Assembly (NCBI GenBank): GCA_964016885.1
Contig: OZ024740.1
Coordinates: 217,744,001-217,808,000, forward strand
Direction of reading: 5' to 3'
DNA length: 64,000 nt
Source of the DNA: Eledone cirrhosa
Taxonomy: Eukaryota
Part shown: positions 1 to 12,800 of the stretch, piece after piece
How the letters are laid out: each line of letters begins with the position of its first letter
Numbering within the stretch: the first letter of the stretch is position 1
Notes under the pieces: model-generated
The model's input: the letters and a program-made list of their open reading frames with translations, nothing else
What the model was told of the DNA's origin: nothing
The model's database searches: none
Position numbers and translations under genes: made by a program

Positions 1-449
1 CATGGGGTGGTAGGCCTGGGCGTGTTCGGAAAGCAATCCGATCCTCACGCCCAGCTTTAACAGAGGCCAGATGGTATGAGGTTGCCTCAGCGGGGTCCGA
101 AAAAGACAGCCTGATGAGTCTGGGTTTTGGACCAGGTCGACCAAGGCGGAGAGCACCCTTTGGGGGAACACAGCCTAGGTCTTTGGCTGAGCTGGCAGCA
201 AATGCCTGAAGATCAGCCTTGTCCTCTGGTACGCCAATGGCAATCACTTCATGGGTAGCAGATTCCGCAGACTTTTCAGTGTGGCCAGATACGGCAAGAG
301 GTACAGGGAGATTCTTTAGCAAGGCATTCCGATGAGACCTCTCATTGTGGTGTCCTACCCGAATGCTTGCCTTTATTCCTGTTACTTCCCTTCTTAAAGC
401 AGAAATCATTAGTTGCAATTCTGCAAAATCTGTACTGGTCGGTTGTTGT

Positions 450-481
<32 letters not shown>

Positions 482-800
482 TTGTTGTTGGTGATGATGA
501 TTTTCCTCCACGGGAATGGTAGGGGAAGACACAGTCGCAGGTTGTTGGTGTCGAGATGTACTGGGAGCGGAGGACAAGGGTTGTTGTTGTTTCTGATGTT
601 CTCCCACAGGAATAGTAGTAGAAGCCAGTGTCATAGGTTTTTGCCGTTGTTTTTGCCGTTGTTCAGTAACAATGGTAGAGGAAGATACAGTCATTGGTTT
701 TTGTACGAAATTCTAGTAGTATTAGCAGCATTCTCATTCGTAAACTGCTACACCAACTGTAAGTAAATCATATTACTATATTTTGTATATTTCTTGGTTT
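1..800 (-). pseudogene. Degenerate ORF1-like remnant of a non-LTR retrotransposon, with poly-Gln (CAA/CAG)n tract
   Basis: Minus-strand translation, broken by stops/frameshifts, gives 'EVIAIGVPEDKADLQAF' and 'LRLGRPGPKPRLIRLSF', resembling the II-GVPE and RLG...PR.I.V.F motifs of LINE ORF1 proteins. The poly-Q tract is at ~442-490. Confidence 0.4.
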
Positions 801-1157
801 CTTTCTTCATATTATTATGATCTCTGAGTTACACACTCTATTGAGCAACGTTACTCCAGCCGACTGATTTTACACCTGCCAGTCGTGATACCATTTACAA
901 AACGGCTACACATGTCAATCTTGTTCATAAATGTAATGAACAGGAGAGGGGGTTGTATGCACCCTCGGTGGAATCCGTCTCTCGCATTTAATGGTATCGA
1001 TTTAGCACCATTTGTCCGAAAATAAATTCTCCTCTATATTCGTATAGAGACATCAGGGAAGCAAGAAGCTGACAATCTCCTGCAGAACCTTCCACGGCAG
1101 GTTTCGACTAAAATGCTGCTTTTCAAAATATATTTTGAAATAATTCTAGTCTTCATT

Positions 1158-1344
1158 AATTGTTTCTACTTTAGGCACAAGGCCAGCAATAACCCAGTAC
1201 ATTACTGGTACTTTATTTTATCGACCCCGTAATGATGAAAGGCAAAGTTAACCTCAGCGGGATTTGTACTCAGACTGTAAAGGGACGTAACTATGCAAGA
1301 AAGCATGGTGTCCGACCCTCTACCGATACTGCCAACCCACCGCC
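1158..1344 (-). mobile_element. tRNA-derived SINE (octopus OK/Nin-domain-like)
   Basis: Minus strand reads GGCGGTGGGTTGGCAGTATCGG (A box) ... GAGTACAAATCC (B-box-like) ... GCCTTTCATCATTACGGGGTCGATAAAATAAAGTACCAGT. A second copy is at 39898-39996. Confidence 0.75.
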
Positions 1345-1868
1345 CTTCTAGTCTACAATAATATAATCTGGACGATAAGAGAAACAAGTAAAGTCTCAAC
1401 CACAGAAGAAACTCTAAAAATAAAAAAAAGGACAGACGCTGGATATCGTTCCAAAAGATAAAAAAATGAACGGCAAATTTCAAGAGAGTAGACTTTGTAG
1501 CAGATGACATTTCGTGTTTAAAGTATAGATTCTGATTGAACATGATTTAAAAAGATAAGTTATAACACTGGCCATCACTTTAAATCACAAATATCTATGC
1601 TACAGAAACTTTCCTTATTGCAGTAACTGTGAAAAACATATATTTCTGGGGTTAATGGGGGTTTAATTTGATGGAATATCAGATTTAATGAAGCCTCTCA
1701 CATTTCTAAGGATAGGGAACCAATAGTGAAAACAAATTGGTGAATATAGAGTGAACAAAATCTCTTCTGTTGGAGACTGTTTTATGGAATCAGAAGAAGA
1801 TGGTGAAGAAATAATCATATTCTATTCTAAAAAATGTAGTCTTTAACACTGTCTCTGCTCTTAATCAA

Positions 1869-1952
1869 GTGTATGTGTGTGTATGTGTGTGTGTGTATAT
1901 GTGTATATATAAGTGTGTGTGTATGTGTGTGTGTGTATATGTGTGTGTGTGT
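1869..1952. repeat. (GT)n/(GTAT) microsatellite
   Basis: Directly visible. Confidence 0.9.
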
Positions 1953-2047
1953 TTTGAGGTGATACGTGCACGTACACTGTTTTCTGATAGATGTGTTAAT
2001 ACAAAAATATAAGTATGTATACGTACATACATATATATAGATATATA

Positions 2048-2652
2048 TAATAAATGTTCGGTGAATCCATACGTACATATATATATGTGTGCATGTATGT
2101 ATATATACATACTACTGTACGTCTGTATACATATATGTATGTACGTATACCTACTTATATTTAAGTAACAGCCGTACTAAGAGTGAGAAATGAAATTTCG
2201 TTTCATTTTTTCCGTTTATCGTTATCGGTACCCCGGCCGATTAACTCACTCGATATGCAAATTAGGCTGCACAGCCGTTAATATGCATAAGGAAAGTATA
2301 TACTTTCAGACGTTCAATCATGTGGCAGGAAGGTATACGTTGCTGACGATAGCTAATAAGCTTGAAACTAGTACAGCGTTCCTTTGTCAGTGTTGAACAA
2401 ATGAGCAACGATGGTTGCTAGACACTGTACGGCTTAATTCGGGATGTTTGTTTACAAACACACCGAGCATTATAATAAATGTTCGGTGAATCCATACGTA
2501 CATATATATATGTGTGCATGTATGTATATATATATATACATACTACTGTACGTCTGTATACATATATGTATGTATGTATACATACTTATATTTAAGTAAC
2601 AGCCGTACTAAGAGTGAGAAATGAAATTTCGTATCATTTTTTTTCGTTTGTC
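2048..2652 (+). mobile_element. Non-coding hammerhead-bearing element, family A, partial tandem (unit ~425 bp with ~170 bp terminal redundancy)
   Basis: 2048-~2218 is repeated at 2473-~2650. The same family occurs at 6289-6407 and 24388-25091. Confidence 0.8.
2337..2379 (+). ncRNA. Minimal type I hammerhead ribozyme, family A
   Basis: ACGTTG-CTGACGA-tAGCT(aata)AGCTt-GAAA-CTAG-TA^CAGCGT: stem I 6 bp, stem II 4 bp, palindromic stem III ACTAGT, GUA cleavage triplet. Confidence 0.85.
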
Positions 2653-3177
2653 AATACAAAGATATTGTAATAGATTCAGGTGTCCATATGTGTGTCACAT
2701 TTGTTGTAATTTACTAATGTAAGAAAATATTTTGAACTAGAAAAGGTGTGGCACTCAAAATATAATAAGTTTTATTTAATATGAGTTTAAAACTCATTAT
2801 CTTGTGAAACGACATAATATTTATGAGGGCCCTGATTAGGACAAGAAAAAACATTAGATATTTTAAAGAAAAGAGTTAAACATTTACATCGTTAAGTAGT
2901 ATATCTAATTGTTATAGATACAATAAAATAATACAACATTTTATGAACAAACAGAAATAATTATGATTGAAATCTAATTATCTTGCGAAACCCCAGAATA
3001 TTTTGAGGGACCTCACTGTGGAAAATACAGCATTAAATATTTGAAATTTTTTAAATTAATGCAAAGAAAGAGTTCAACTTTGATATTGTTAAGTATTTTA
3101 ATATCTAATTGTTATAGAAAAATCAATGATGTATATGAAAGCTATATATTAAGATGATAATGTTATTCGTTTTACAG

Positions 3178-4748
3178 ATGAATGTACCCATAATGGAAGA
3201 AGGTATGAAAGTGCATTTAGCATCCACTGTAACACGTGTGTGTGTCTTGAAAGTGGACGAGCGCAGTGTTCAAATAAGATATGTGACTATGGACAACGAT
3301 CAACATGTTGGTATGAAGGTAGGATGTTACACAGTAGGACAGACAATCCAACAGTCATGTAATACATGTGTATGCAGAGCCAATGGTCAAATGGATTGTA
3401 CAAAGAATACATGTCAGTGTATATATAAAGGACAAAATTACAATATTGGTTAGAGGTTTAATGAGGATTGCAACCAATGTGAATGTTTATCTAGTGGTAT
3501 TGTACGGTGTTCTAACAAACAATGTTAATGTTTTGCCAATGGAAGAACATATCCAGTGGGGGCTACCTTTCAAAGGGAATGTAACACTTGCAAGTGTGAC
3601 ATTAACGGCAGAATAGTGTGTACTGACAACCTATGTAAATGTTTTGAAAATGGAAGATCTTACCCTATTGGTGCTACATTTAGCAAGGACTGCAATACAT
3701 GCACATGTCAACAACATGGACAGGTCCAATGTACAAATAACCCGTGTCAATGTACACATAAAGGACAGATTTATCAAGTTCGTCAAAAATTTAATGATGA
3801 TTGCAACCAATGTGAATGTTTATCTAGCGGTACAGTGCAGTGTTCTAACAAGGCATGTCAATGTTTTGTAAATGGAAGATCTTACCCCATTGGTGCTACA
3901 TTTAGCAAGGACTGCAATACATGCACATGTCAAATAAATGGTCGTATACAGTGTACAAACAACCCATGTACTTGCACCTACAACAATATGGTCTATAATT
4001 TCGGACAACAATTCAGGAAAGGTTGTAACACCTGCACTTGCCAACAAAATGGACAAGTCCAATGTACAAATAACCCTTGTCAATGTACCTATAAAGGACA
4101 GTTTTATCAAATTGGTCAAAGATTTAACGATGATTGTAACCAATGTGAATGTTTATCTAGTGGTACAGTGCAATGTATTAGTAACGTCTGTCAATGTACA
4201 TACAACAACCAGATCTATAATATTGGGGCTTCATTCAATCAGGACTGTAACACCTGTAGCTGTCAACAAAATGGATAAGTCCAATGTACAAACAACCCAA
4301 TATGGTCTATAATTTCGGACAACAATTCAGGAAAGGTTGTAACACCTGCACTTGTCAACAAAATGGACAGGTCCAATGTACAAATTACCCTTGTCAATGT
4401 ACATACAACGGTAAACGTTATGATGTTGGTTCTATATTCTACAATGATTGCAATAAATGTCAGTGCCATGATGATGGAAGAGTCCAATGTGAACAGAAAA
4501 TATGCTCCAAACCATGCGTATTCAACGGACAAACCTATTCTGTGAGAGAATCGTTTAAAAATAACTGCAATACATGTACATGTGGACAGTTTGGTCAAGT
4601 AGGATGTACTAACATGTACTGTCCTAAAACATGCCAATACAACGGAAAAATCTACACAGATGACCAAATATTCACGGCTCAAGATAATTGCAATACATGT
4701 CGATGTTCAGCTGGGTTGGTGAAGTGTACCGACTTAATATGTGGTCAA
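3178..4748 (+). pseudogene. Disabled large exon with ~14 tandem 37-aa Cys-rich repeats (VWC/pacifastin-like; kielin/chordin-like type)
   Basis: Repeat CxYxGxxYxxGxxFxxDCNxCxCxxxGxVxCTxxxC with a 111-bp period. Acceptor tttacag| at 3177, donor |gtgagt at 4749. Stops at 3451, 3526 and 4276; frameshifts near 3322 and 4298. Confidence 0.8.
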
Positions 4749-5636
4749 GTGAGTATGGTTTTTATTACTCCTTTATTGTCTCAAATATTAACAATTCTAT
4801 CTTTCCTCTTATGTAATTTGTAGTCCTTTAGACACATTACACAAAGATATCATTACAATTTCCCTGTGTAATTACTGCTGTGATATAAGAAACAGGGGAA
4901 CATCATCATTAGCATAGCTACCATTTAGTGAATGTTTGTTAGAGTATGACAGAGGTGATGGCATTCATTCATTGCTCCCTTGTGACCGATGAGATTAATT
5001 TTAATAATTTTTCACATAAATTGCTGCATATTGCTGCCGGTAGGTATGACGGGAACATGGAGAAAATTTGAGAAGGCCGATATTCTCTGTAGGACAGGTA
5101 ACGTGTAGAGGGTTTCTGTGGATCCTGAAGGGCAGACACAATATGAGTGATAAGAAATGGAGATACGATTGAGTTGGAATTGTCTGAGTGGAGGTGACAT
5201 GAAACCAACCATCTTAGAAACTCTACACTGTTTCGTTTAATTTCCAACTAAGGGAGTTAATTCAACGTAACTTCGTTCCTTTATTTATCGCTAATATATA
5301 TATAACTTTAAAATATTTCCTTTCAAAAATATCATTACTTTTAAACAATATATCAAAACATTTTTTTTTTAAACAATATATATTAATTTATAAAGACCAA
5401 TTATATAGCTTAATTTAACAAAAATAAATTAACTACAAAATTAAATCTATATTATTTTTAAACAATATACAAGTATAAAACTTATGATAAGGAATTTTAC
5501 CTATATCTAAATTGTTATATTTCGTAAGTTACTTATTTGATATTGTTTCAATATCAATAGTAATACAATATAACGTGTTATTTCATTACAGACTGGATAC
5601 TACTAAAGAACACAACAGGCTGCTTTCTGATTCGGG

Positions 5637-5727
5637 ATAATTATGTTTCTGAATAATAATTGCAATTTTTGTGAATAATAATTGCAGTTTTTGTGAAAAA
5701 TAATTGTAAATTTTGTGAATAATAATT
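5637..5727. repeat. ~23-bp AT-rich minisatellite (ATAATTGCAATTTTTGTGAATA), ~4 copies
   Basis: Directly visible. Confidence 0.7.
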
Positions 5728-6288
5728 TAAATATCTTTTTAATAAAATAAACAAACATACAACAACAATTTATTGTTTTCCTAGATTCTTCTTCTTCTTA
5801 TTATTATTATTATTGGTCTAATCGGACGACCATTTGCTCGCTTCTGGACGTCTCCTTATTTACCTGACATAATTATTTATTGTTAAATTTTTGTTGTTGT
5901 GTAAAGAATTTAAGCCCTTGGACTTTGCCCTGTGAAGGGAAAAGTACAATATTTGGGCCTTTTGGCCCAAATATTCGAACCTTTTACATTTCAAAATTAT
6001 CGAAAAAAAAAACATGGCTGAGCCATGCGCCCAGCAATATGTCTGCTGACGTGCGACAACGACGCAAAAGTTGAGAGGAGGGTTACGGCGAACACAGAAA
6101 TTGATACAACAAACACCACCACAAACAACGTGAACACAGACAACAATGACAACAAGATTGAGAACACTAATTTTGAAAAAAATGACCACACAAACCACAA
6201 CAGTAACAGCGACAACCAAAATACAGACAACAGAAAAACTGACAACAAATGCAACAACAAGATTAAGACCACTAACATGAACACAAAT

Positions 6289-6407
6289 AGCGTTCCTTTG
6301 TCAGTGTTGAACAAACGAGCGACGATGGTTGCTGGACACTACGGCTTAATACGGGATGTTTGTTTACAAACACACCGAGCATTATAATAAATGTTCGGTG
6401 AATCCAT
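6289..6407 (+). mobile_element. Fragment of family A element
   Basis: Matches 2375-2494 and 24819-24937. Confidence 0.8.
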
Positions 6408-6432
6408 ATTAATTTAATTTAATTTAATTTAA

Positions 6433-6781
6433 TAACCGGAAATACCCGGAAACACCCAGAAATAGCCCACTGCGCATGCGCCAAGGCTGGACAGAACTGC
6501 GCATGCGCCAAGGCTGGACAGCACCGCGCATGCACTAAGGTTGGACCGTACTGCACATGCGCAGTGCTGTCCAAACTTGGCGCATGCGCAGTACGGTCCA
6601 ACCTTCGCGCATGCGCACTACGGTCCAACCTTCGCGCATGCGCACTAAGGTCTAACCTTAGCGCATGCGCAGTGCCCAGTTGGCTATTTCCAGGTGTTTC
6701 CGGGTATTTATTTTATTTTATTTTATTTTACTAATTAATTAATTTGCTGTCCAAACTTGGCGCATGCGCAGTACGGTCCAA
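6433..6781. repeat. Inverted-repeat cassette with a ~27-bp tandem array of GCGCATGCGC palindromes
   Basis: AATACCCGGAAACACC..GAAATAGCC at the left and GGCTATTTC..GGTGTTTCCGGGTATT at the right, with ~9 (T)GCGCATGCGC(A)-like motifs. Confidence 0.75.
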
Positions 6782-6882
6782 CCTCGAAACCAGTTTCGCT
6801 TCGTAGGTTCAACGGTTTCGTCTCGTTTGGGTTTTTTAGGTGCCCCGGTTTCGTTTCGTTTGGGTTTTTAGGTACCCCGGCT

Positions 6883-9800
6883 TCGAATCGAATCGAATCG
6901 AATCGAATCGAATCGAATCGAATCGAATCGAATCGAATCGAATCGAATCGAATCGAATCGAATCGAATCGAATCGAATCGAATCGAATCGAATCGAATCG
7001 AATCGAATCGAATCGAATCGAATCGAATCGAATCGAATCGAATCGAATCGAATCGAATCGAATCGAATCGAATCGAATCGAATCGAATCGAATCGAATCG
7101 AATCGAATCGAATCGAATCGAATCGAATCGAATCGAATCGAATCGAATCGAATCGAATCGAATCGAATCGAATCGAATCGAATCGAATCGAATCGAATCG
7201 AATCGAATCGAATCGAATCGAATCGAATCGAATCGAATCGAATCGAATCGAATCGAATCGAATCGAATCGAATCGAATCGAATCGAATCGAATCGAATCG
7301 AATCGAATCGAATCGAATCGAATCGAATCGAATCGAATCGAATCGAATCGAATCGAATCGAATCGAATCGAATCGAATCGAATCGAATCGAATCGAATCG
7401 AATCGAATCGAATCGAATCGAATCGAATCGAATCGAATCGAATCGAATCGAATCGAATCGAATCGAATCGAATCGAATCGAATCGAATCGAATCGAATCG
7501 AATCGAATCGAATCGAATCGAATCGAATCGAATCGAATCGAATCGAATCGAATCGAATCGAATCGAATCGAATCGAATCGAATCGAATCGAATCGAATCG
7601 AATCGAATCGAATCGAATCGAATCGAATCGAATCGAATCGAATCGAATCGAATCGAATCGAATCGAATCGAATCGAATCGAATCGAATCGAATCGAATCG
7701 AATCGAATCGAATCGAATCGAATCGAATCGAATCGAATCGAATCGAATCGAATCGAATCGAATCGAATCGAATCGAATCGAATCGAATCGAATCGAATCG
7801 AATCGAATCGAATCGAATCGAATCGAATCGAATCGAATCGAATCGAATCGAATCGAATCGAATCGAATCGAATCGAATCGAATCGAATCGAATCGAATCG
7901 AATCGAATCGAATCGAATCGAATCGAATCGAATCGAATCGAATCGAATCGAATCGAATCGAATCGAATCGAATCGAATCGAATCGAATCGAATCGAATCG
8001 AATCGAATCGAATCGAATCGAATCGAATCGAATCGAATCGAATCGAATCGAATCGAATCGAATCGAATCGAATCGAATCGAATCGAATCGAATCGAATCG
8101 AATCGAATCGAATCGAATCGAATCGAATCGAATCGAATCGAATCGAATCGAATCGAATCGAATCGAATCGAATCGAATCGAATCGAATCGAATCGAATCG
8201 AATCGAATCGAATCGAATCGAATCGAATCGAATCGAATCGAATCGAATCGAATCGAATCGAATCGAATCGAATCGAATCGAATCGAATCGAATCGAATCG
8301 AATCGAATCGAATCGAATCGAATCGAATCGAATCGAATCGAATCGAATCGAATCGAATCGAATCGAATCGAATCGAATCGAATCGAATCGAATCGAATCG
8401 AATCGAATCGAATCGAATCGAATCGAATCGAATCGAATCGAATCGAATCGAATCGAATCGAATCGAATCGAATCGAATCGAATCGAATCGAATCGAATCG
8501 AATCGAATCGAATCGAATCGAATCGAATCGAATCGAATCGAATCGAATCGAATCGAATCGAATCGAATCGAATCGAATCGAATCGAATCGAATCGAATCG
8601 AATCGAATCGAATCGAATCGAATCGAATCGAATCGAATCGAATCGAATCGAATCGAATCGAATCGAATCGAATCGAATCGAATCGAATCGAATCGAATCG
8701 AATCGAATCGAATCGAATCGAATCGAATCGAATCGAATCGAATCGAATCGAATCGAATCGAATCGAATCGAATCGAATCGAATCGAATCGAATCGAATCG
8801 AATCGAATCGAATCGAATCGAATCGAATCGAATCGAATCGAATCGAATCGAATCGAATCGAATCGAATCGAATCGAATCGAATCGAATCGAATCGAATCG
8901 AATCGAATCGAATCGAATCGAATCGAATCGAATCGAATCGAATCGAATCGAATCGAATCGAATCGAATCGAATCGAATCGAATCGAATCGAATCGAATCG
9001 AATCGAATCGAATCGAATCGAATCGAATCGAATCGAATCGAATCGAATCGAATCGAATCGAATCGAATCGAATCGAATCGAATCGAATCGAATCGAATCG
9101 AATCGAATCGAATCGAATCGAATCGAATCGAATCGAATCGAATCGAATCGAATCGAATCGAATCGAATCGAATCGAATCGAATCGAATCGAATCGAATCG
9201 AATCGAATCGAATCGAATCGAATCGAATCGAATCGAATCGAATCGAATCGAATCGAATCGAATCGAATCGAATCGAATCGAATCGAATCGAATCGAATCG
9301 AATCGAATCGAATCGAATCGAATCGAATCGAATCGAATCGAATCGAATCGAATCGAATCGAATCGAATCGAATCGAATCGAATCGAATCGAATCGAATCG
9401 AATCGAATCGAATCGAATCGAATCGAATCGAATCGAATCGAATCGAATCGAATCGAATCGAATCGAATCGAATCGAATCGAATCGAATCGAATCGAATCG
9501 AATCGAATCGAATCGAATCGAATCGAATCGAATCGAATCGAATCGAATCGAATCGAATCGAATCGAATCGAATCGAATCGAATCGAATCGAATCGAATCG
9601 AATCGAATCGAATCGAATCGAATCGAATCGAATCGAATCGAATCGAATCGAATCGAATCGAATCGAATCGAATCGAATCGAATCGAATCGAATCGAATCG
9701 AATCGAATCGAATCGAATCGAATCGAATCGAATCGAATCGAATCGAATCGAATCGAATCGAATCGAATCGAATCGAATCGAATCGAATCGAATCGAATCG

Positions 9801-12800
9801 AATCGAATCGAATCGAATCGAATCGAATCGAATCGAATCGAATCGAATCGAATCGAATCGAATCGAATCGAATCGAATCGAATCGAATCGAATCGAATCG
9901 AATCGAATCGAATCGAATCGAATCGAATCGAATCGAATCGAATCGAATCGAATCGAATCGAATCGAATCGAATCGAATCGAATCGAATCGAATCGAATCG
10001 AATCGAATCGAATCGAATCGAATCGAATCGAATCGAATCGAATCGAATCGAATCGAATCGAATCGAATCGAATCGAATCGAATCGAATCGAATCGAATCG
10101 AATCGAATCGAATCGAATCGAATCGAATCGAATCGAATCGAATCGAATCGAATCGAATCGAATCGAATCGAATCGAATCGAATCGAATCGAATCGAATCG
10201 AATCGAATCGAATCGAATCGAATCGAATCGAATCGAATCGAATCGAATCGAATCGAATCGAATCGAATCGAATCGAATCGAATCGAATCGAATCGAATCG
10301 AATCGAATCGAATCGAATCGAATCGAATCGAATCGAATCGAATCGAATCGAATCGAATCGAATCGAATCGAATCGAATCGAATCGAATCGAATCGAATCG
10401 AATCGAATCGAATCGAATCGAATCGAATCGAATCGAATCGAATCGAATCGAATCGAATCGAATCGAATCGAATCGAATCGAATCGAATCGAATCGAATCG
10501 AATCGAATCGAATCGAATCGAATCGAATCGAATCGAATCGAATCGAATCGAATCGAATCGAATCGAATCGAATCGAATCGAATCGAATCGAATCGAATCG
10601 AATCGAATCGAATCGAATCGAATCGAATCGAATCGAATCGAATCGAATCGAATCGAATCGAATCGAATCGAATCGAATCGAATCGAATCGAATCGAATCG
10701 AATCGAATCGAATCGAATCGAATCGAATCGAATCGAATCGAATCGAATCGAATCGAATCGAATCGAATCGAATCGAATCGAATCGAATCGAATCGAATCG
10801 AATCGAATCGAATCGAATCGAATCGAATCGAATCGAATCGAATCGAATCGAATCGAATCGAATCGAATCGAATCGAATCGAATCGAATCGAATCGAATCG
10901 AATCGAATCGAATCGAATCGAATCGAATCGAATCGAATCGAATCGAATCGAATCGAATCGAATCGAATCGAATCGAATCGAATCGAATCGAATCGAATCG
11001 AATCGAATCGAATCGAATCGAATCGAATCGAATCGAATCGAATCGAATCGAATCGAATCGAATCGAATCGAATCGAATCGAATCGAATCGAATCGAATCG
11101 AATCGAATCGAATCGAATCGAATCGAATCGAATCGAATCGAATCGAATCGAATCGAATCGAATCGAATCGAATCGAATCGAATCGAATCGAATCGAATCG
11201 AATCGAATCGAATCGAATCGAATCGAATCGAATCGAATCGAATCGAATCGAATCGAATCGAATCGAATCGAATCGAATCGAATCGAATCGAATCGAATCG
11301 AATCGAATCGAATCGAATCGAATCGAATCGAATCGAATCGAATCGAATCGAATCGAATCGAATCGAATCGAATCGAATCGAATCGAATCGAATCGAATCG
11401 AATCGAATCGAATCGAATCGAATCGAATCGAATCGAATCGAATCGAATCGAATCGAATCGAATCGAATCGAATCGAATCGAATCGAATCGAATCGAATCG
11501 AATCGAATCGAATCGAATCGAATCGAATCGAATCGAATCGAATCGAATCGAATCGAATCGAATCGAATCGAATCGAATCGAATCGAATCGAATCGAATCG
11601 AATCGAATCGAATCGAATCGAATCGAATCGAATCGAATCGAATCGAATCGAATCGAATCGAATCGAATCGAATCGAATCGAATCGAATCGAATCGAATCG
11701 AATCGAATCGAATCGAATCGAATCGAATCGAATCGAATCGAATCGAATCGAATCGAATCGAATCGAATCGAATCGAATCGAATCGAATCGAATCGAATCG
11801 AATCGAATCGAATCGAATCGAATCGAATCGAATCGAATCGAATCGAATCGAATCGAATCGAATCGAATCGAATCGAATCGAATCGAATCGAATCGAATCG
11901 AATCGAATCGAATCGAATCGAATCGAATCGAATCGAATCGAATCGAATCGAATCGAATCGAATCGAATCGAATCGAATCGAATCGAATCGAATCGAATCG
12001 AATCGAATCGAATCGAATCGAATCGAATCGAATCGAATCGAATCGAATCGAATCGAATCGAATCGAATCGAATCGAATCGAATCGAATCGAATCGAATCG
12101 AATCGAATCGAATCGAATCGAATCGAATCGAATCGAATCGAATCGAATCGAATCGAATCGAATCGAATCGAATCGAATCGAATCGAATCGAATCGAATCG
12201 AATCGAATCGAATCGAATCGAATCGAATCGAATCGAATCGAATCGAATCGAATCGAATCGAATCGAATCGAATCGAATCGAATCGAATCGAATCGAATCG
12301 AATCGAATCGAATCGAATCGAATCGAATCGAATCGAATCGAATCGAATCGAATCGAATCGAATCGAATCGAATCGAATCGAATCGAATCGAATCGAATCG
12401 AATCGAATCGAATCGAATCGAATCGAATCGAATCGAATCGAATCGAATCGAATCGAATCGAATCGAATCGAATCGAATCGAATCGAATCGAATCGAATCG
12501 AATCGAATCGAATCGAATCGAATCGAATCGAATCGAATCGAATCGAATCGAATCGAATCGAATCGAATCGAATCGAATCGAATCGAATCGAATCGAATCG
12601 AATCGAATCGAATCGAATCGAATCGAATCGAATCGAATCGAATCGAATCGAATCGAATCGAATCGAATCGAATCGAATCGAATCGAATCGAATCGAATCG
12701 AATCGAATCGAATCGAATCGAATCGAATCGAATCGAATCGAATCGAATCGAATCGAATCGAATCGAATCGAATCGAATCGAATCGAATCGAATCGAATCG

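Noticed and set aside
2797-3120. Degenerate ~180-bp tandem duplication upstream of the exon
   Set aside because: Old intronic duplication with no further structure seen.
3451-4278. Stop-codon rescue by A-to-I editing or recoding in the Cys-rich exon
   Set aside because: Frameshifts are also present and the stops are simple C>T changes, so a pseudo-exon is more parsimonious.
6025-6387. 120-aa Asn/Thr-rich ORF
   Set aside because: Low-complexity (ACA)-rich sequence fused to a repeat fragment.
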